Assembly: GCA_004764695.1 (NCBI GenBank)
Contig: SMSO01000007.1
Span: forward strand, 620,001-684,000
Source of the DNA: Schizochytrium sp. TIO01
Taxonomy: Eukaryota; Protista; Bigyra: Labyrinthulomycetes
Reading direction: 5' to 3'
Length of the DNA stretch: 64,000 bases
The notes beneath the pieces are model-generated. The model was not told the origin of the DNA and did no database searches. It saw nothing but the letters and a program-made list of their open reading frames with translations. The translations under genes were made by a program, and so were the position numbers. Below, in pieces: positions 58,995-64,000 of this stretch (position 1 is the first letter of the stretch; the number at the start of each line of letters is the position of its first letter).

Positions 58995-59951
58995 ATGTCT
59001 ACAGTAACGAAGCAGACGATCCCGGTTGTTAACCAGACCACCTCAAACGAGACCTCATCAAACCTTCACCGACGATTTTTGCAAGGTGGTCTTGCTGCCA
59101 TGGCAGGTGCTTCTGCAAGCCACCCTTTGGACCTCATTAAGGTCCGCCTCCAGCTCCAAGGCGAAGGTGCTAGCAGCGCCAGTGTCGTCACCAGCGGCGA
59201 GAAGCTTGGTCCCATGGAGATGGGTCAGAAAATTCTGCGCAACGATGGCTTTCGTGGTCTATTTAGTGGACTTACTGCGTCTCTCGCTCGCCAAGCAGTT
59301 TACTCAAGCGTGCGATTCGGTGTTTATGATTCTGTCAAGGAAGCTTTAGGCGAGGTACCTGGTGTACACGAGCTCTCGATTTGGGAGAAGGTTGGAGCAG
59401 GCCTTGTAGCAGGAGCGGTTGGAGCAGTTGTGGCAAACCCTTGCGATGTAACATTGGTTCGGATGCAGGCTGATGGAAAGCTTCCTGCCAACGAGCGTCG
59501 CGGTTACCGAAATGTCTTTCATGGCATGACGAGCATTAGCCGCGCTGAAGGTATTCGTGCTTTGTGGAGTGGATGTGCTCCCACCGTAGCCCGTGCTATG
59601 ATTGTCACAGCTTCACAATTCGCAGCCTATGACCAAATCAAACTTGGTCTCCTCTATACAGGTCTCCCTGATACACCAGTCACACACATCACTGCAGGCT
59701 TCCTTGCTGGTTTTGTGGCAAGCTGCACATCAACCCCGGCTGACACAATCAAAACAAGAATGATGAACAGTGCCCCTGGACAATACTCTGGACCTGTGGA
59801 CTGTGTAGTGAAAACGGTCCGTCAAGAAGGACCAATGGCACTTTACAAAGGTTTTGTTCCTACCTTCGTGCGCCAAGCCCCTTACCTGGTTGTTATGTTT
59901 ATTACACTGGAACAAATGAAGCGTTTCTACCGTTACATTGACTCACAATAA
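58995..59951 (+). CDS. Mitochondrial carrier (SLC25), dicarboxylate/2-oxoglutarate-malate (DIC-like) subfamily, 318 aa
   Basis: Three PxD/ExxK/R signatures (HPLDLIKVR, NPCDVTLVRMQ, TPADTIKTR). Subfamily motifs RQAVYSSVRFGVYD, RMQADGKLP.ERRGYRNVF, RAMIVTASQFAAYDQIK. Confidence 0.93.
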   Translation: MSTVTKQTIPVVNQTTSNETSSNLHRRFLQGGLAAMAGASASHPLDLIKVRLQLQGEGASSASVVTSGEKLGPMEMGQKILRNDGFRGLFSGLTASLARQAVYSSVRFGVYDSVKEALGEVPGVHELSIWEKVGAGLVAGAVGAVVANPCDVTLVRMQADGKLPANERRGYRNVFHGMTSISRAEGIRALWSGCAPTVARAMIVTASQFAAYDQIKLGLLYTGLPDTPVTHITAGFLAGFVASCTSTPADTIKTRMMNSAPGQYSGPVDCVVKTVRQEGPMALYKGFVPTFVRQAPYLVVMFITLEQMKRFYRYIDSQ

Positions 59952-60952
59952 ATCTTATTGAGAACATATAGTTATGAGTCTCTATTGGGTCCTAGAAAGC
60001 ATCCTTGCTAATCATCTCTGACTTTGCAGCAATTCTCTGTAGCAATTAGCCAAGTCTTTTGTTAAACATACAATACCCACCTCAGGTATGCATTTGAATT
60101 GAGATCTCCAATGTGGGCTGTTTTGTACTACGTGGATGACGTCGGTTCATTTTCTTTAGCCTCCTCCCCTCGACCTATCTCTTTTCTACATATCTTTTTT
60201 TGAACTTCAGTAAAACAGTAACCGAATCATCTTTTTGACGCATTATATCCTTGCTGAGAGCACCACACAAACATTAATTTATCCTATTCTAGGAGAACAC
60301 TGACTAAGAAAAGAAAGCATGTGAGTGACCCCGCTCAGCTGATATGTAGACCTCTTCCGGAGCGCTGGTTTGATTGTACGCTGTTATTTTATTCGTATCT
60401 AATGCCCACGTCAATTGGAATGGTTACTTCTTTTCCTTGAAAAAAAACATGGGCTCTCTTTGAAGAAGGCTAACGTTGAAAACCAATTCACTTATGATCA
60501 TCCAACCACACATGTTTTACTTATATTATGCACTTTGAAAAGGTTCTGCACAGCCTGAGCCGCATCCCAAATATTTAATGATCTTTTTTAAAATATAATA
60601 GTTATATTCTATGTTATCAGATTGATAGAAGCTTAGTTCCACGATAGTTGATGTCAAAGCTTCAACAGTGCATCAAATTGAAATAAATGGTAGAGAAAAC
60701 GTAATCATTCATGCTCTCACAAATATCTTCCCCTTCACATGGAGTCCTTTTTTTGCATGATTAGCTTAAATGAAGAATAGTGTCCTTCACAAGAAGACGC
60801 TCTCTACTAAACTTTCGGGATCTCAATTTTAGCTAATGATCCAAACGAAGGGAGGAAGAAGCTCTTAATTTTGCTGCAATTATTATTTTTTCCACTCATG
60901 AACAAACTCAATCTTGTCTTTAGAAGTCACGGTTGGTCTTTAAACAATTAAG

Positions 60953-62269
60953 TCATACTTTCTCCCCCCCTTCCACAGAGTTGCTTGCTTCTTCGTCGTC
61001 AAGGTCGTCTTCGTCCACCAACGAAGAGGTACTAGATGGAACAAAGCTGGCAGCTGATACGAATCCACCTCCATCTTGAGCCCCTTCCTGCTGCTCATTC
61101 TCATATTCATCGTATGTGGAGCCCTGGAACGAGCCCCTTACACCAAGGCGACCTAGATCCCGCCGAATGTCGTGAACAAGGTCTCTCGGATTTGCAGTCT
61201 CAAGCAGTGCTCGGACGTAATCACTCGCTCCATCAAACGATGGTGGTCGATCAAACGTACCAAAATTAACGTCTGAAGTAAAAGAAGAGTGACCAGAGGC
61301 ATAGCGATATGTCTGAAAGTCCTTGTAGCTGAATGTATAGTGATGCGCAATGGCAAAGAAAAACATTTCTACACAGATGAGAAAGTCTTGCAAACCTTTT
61401 CCGTACATCTCCGCACTAATGTATGGTGTATTGCGGATCATACCAAAGTAGACTAACGCGGAAATAGCAGTCCCTTGCCAGAACGAAAAAAAGACTACTG
61501 CCTTAATACAGATGAACTTTGCAAGTGGATGAATTGGTGCTAGTTCGTTGCTCATGGCATGGTAAAACAGCACAAGGCAATAAATAGCGATCAGCTGAGA
61601 CAAATTTGTCAGTCCCAGTGACCAGAAATATGCACCATCGATTCGCCATTCGCCATCGTGGTATACACCAACAGCTTTCGTAATAAGCACTACCAAGACA
61701 TTGGTAATTTTCCACACAACGTATTGCAATGTACCGAATTTGCATTTGAAAAGGAATTCGTGCCCCATTTTCCATGGCGGGAAGACTAAATTTAGTGGGA
61801 AAATCTGTTTCTGTTGTGGCATTTGCTCCAATCGTGTAGCAAGCATTTCCTCTGTTGGCCCGAGATATAACATGAGAAAGTAGAGAAAGCTCCAAATTAC
61901 GTAGGCTTCATAGAGACTTCGAAGTGACTCTAAATATGTGTAAAAGATCTCATTGCCAAGAGAAAGCCATGAGGTCACAGAGTACACTGGAATCATGAAG
62001 AGAATACGTACGATAAACTTTTGTAGCTCAGGAAATTCAAAGTGACGCAAATGGTTGTTGATATCCTGAGCTGTCAGAGGCAAGGCCATTAGCACAAAAA
62101 CGCCAGCGATACTCCACCCCACCATGCGTTTTGACATTCCACTGTTCACAAGGATAACTCCAACAACAATTACAGCAACAAGTACCAGCCCATACGTGAC
62201 AAATGTAATTGCGCTTGCAAGCCTTTCTGCACGCAAGTGTGCCAGGGTAAGCACTGACATAGCATCCAT
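60953..62269 (-). CDS. TMEM184: TMEM184/OSTA family membrane protein, 438 aa
   Basis: Motifs QKFIVRILFMIPVYSVTSWLSL, RSLYEAYVIWSF, CKFGTLQYV, PLAKFICIKAVVFFSFWQG, LQDFLICVEMFFFAIAHHYTFSYK. Confidence 0.93.
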   Translation of the reverse strand: MDAMSVLTLAHLRAERLASAITFVTYGLVLVAVIVVGVILVNSGMSKRMVGWSIAGVFVLMALPLTAQDINNHLRHFEFPELQKFIVRILFMIPVYSVTSWLSLGNEIFYTYLESLRSLYEAYVIWSFLYFLMLYLGPTEEMLATRLEQMPQQKQIFPLNLVFPPWKMGHEFLFKCKFGTLQYVVWKITNVLVVLITKAVGVYHDGEWRIDGAYFWSLGLTNLSQLIAIYCLVLFYHAMSNELAPIHPLAKFICIKAVVFFSFWQGTAISALVYFGMIRNTPYISAEMYGKGLQDFLICVEMFFFAIAHHYTFSYKDFQTYRYASGHSSFTSDVNFGTFDRPPSFDGASDYVRALLETANPRDLVHDIRRDLGRLGVRGSFQGSTYDEYENEQQEGAQDGGGFVSAASFVPSSTSSLVDEDDLDDEEASNSVEGGEKV

Positions 62270-64000
62270 TTTGATGCAGTTTGGTTTTATTCTTAGATCG
62301 TCGATGTCAAAACCCTTTGTGCGCAGGTTGTGGCCAACAACAATAGAATAAAGTGGTGATTCCTGTCAAACTTTCGAGTTATAGTATATTTTGACACGCT
62401 CTCGGGTACTAGGAACCGTCAGCTAGGCAGAGAGTTCCACGTACTCGTCAAACCAAGTGCGAAAGTAGAATTGAGCTACACAAGACTATAAAACAAGCAA
62501 ACTCTAACAGTGCTCCGATATTCAGGCAGTCATGCACATAAGCCACCCTCCTAAAACAGAGCAGGCAACCCCCACGACAGCCCCCGCCCGCGCGGAGCAA
62601 GACAACAAAAGAACTGCTGGCAAAGTTTTGCCTGAAAGATTTCTTGAAGCGAGTGACTGATAGATCGTCTTTAACTTCTTGACTAGAATTCTCAATCGAC
62701 TACTAGTAAGGCTACCAGTATAAATAACATTATAGATATAAGTACTTCATAGGACTAGTATCTTCACTGTGCCTCCTAGTATAGTTCTTCTCAAGTGTAC
62801 GAAAATCTTTGAGTATTAATTATTTGATCAACGCTCAGACCCGTACTGTGCAAAAGAAATCTATATTAATGTTTGATCAACTACCGTTTTTTTAAATATC
62901 CAGCCAGAACTTTGGGGACATAAACATTATCAGAATTTTTTGGTTTTTATTTGCATTTTTGTTTTTGTGGGACTTTCACTACCATTCCTATTTTAAGAGT
63001 AAGTGGGGGACCTAGGCTATTTATTGTGAAAAGGAAAGTCAAAGGCATGTATCGCATTTTTTACCTCACATTCTCATTTTATTTAAATTCAAAATTAAAC
63101 TCGAGTAAAAGCTCAAGCCAGAATAATAAACTCAATCCTATATTTTAGCAGAGAACTTGCTTTATGATGACGTTTATTTATTCTTTTATAGTCAAAGGCT
63201 CCCAAATCGCAGAATTTTTCTGAGCAGCAATCTTTTTATACAATTCTATTGGATTTTGGAGCTCTCATCAAGGATCTCAGACGTAAATTGTGTTAAATTT
63301 ATTCTGAAGTTTCTTGTAGTTTTTCTTCACTGAGTTTTAGACAAGATACCTATCGCTGATTTGTTGTTGTTTAAATCAGGGCTTGTTCTCTGTAATATTC
63401 ACGACTTCCTCTATTTCATGAGATTCTTCTTTTTGCTTTCTAATATGTAGATTTCAAAGCCATATATACGTAACTCTAGTCTAAGCAATTCATCGGTACC
63501 TCGCTGTCTTTCCAAAGTGAATTCAAATAACTTTTGTATCACATTTATGCTACATCTTGTGGATGTGGTTGCCTGCTTACTCGACCGATGTCTTTCGTAA
63601 CGTACTGCAGGCAGAAAACACAAGTCGTTTTTCCTCTTTTCCAAACAAGTACAATATAATTTCAATAAATCTAATTCCGCCTTGGTTAGTTTATGTACGA
63701 GCTAGATAGGCACCTTCTCGCGTTGCTGAGATCGCCAACTGAAGGATCGTGCGGGCAAGCCATCGCTAGGCTCTTGCTTGACATATCACTGAGGCTAAGG
63801 TGGCTTTAGGCGAGAACATCAAGATATGTAGTTGAGAAACCAATGACCCTTATATTCCAATCTTACTGATATCTGCAATAGAAAGCCTTATAGTCAAGGA
63901 AAACAGATAGCCTAGTCTCTTAACTTTTGCGTAATACACATGTTGTGTGTCCCAGTTTCTGAATCTAATCAAATTTACTCCGCAGTGGAATTCATTTCTT

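Noticed and set aside
1-64000. tRNA, rRNA, telomeric repeats, LTR/LINE polyproteins, viral capsid or polymerase genes
   Set aside because: None recognised by eye; degenerate copies cannot be excluded without searches.

Overview
Eukaryotic nuclear DNA with AT-rich intergenic regions and long intron-free ORFs. The gene set and architecture suggest a stramenopile, possibly a thraustochytrid/labyrinthulomycete (inference only). Nine intact genes are supported: a Q/S-rich orphan protein, a protein with 15 WRKY19-like CCCH zinc fingers, a GRK-type kinase with a CaaX box, an ankyrin-WW protein with a degenerate kinesin domain, FANCD2, a PHO84/PHT1-like transporter, an EDRF1-like protein, a mitochondrial dicarboxylate-type carrier and a TMEM184-family protein. 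The first ~14 kb has no convincing gene. The main hidden feature, which the ORF track shows only as fragments, is a decayed ~2.05-kb IS607-family element at ~17.47-19.52 kb. Stitching frames by hand gives a serine-recombinase TnpA followed by a Fanzor2/TnpB RNA-guided nuclease with the rearranged RuvC site. A structured right end fits an omegaRNA scaffold. All family calls come from recognising motifs by eye; no database search was run.
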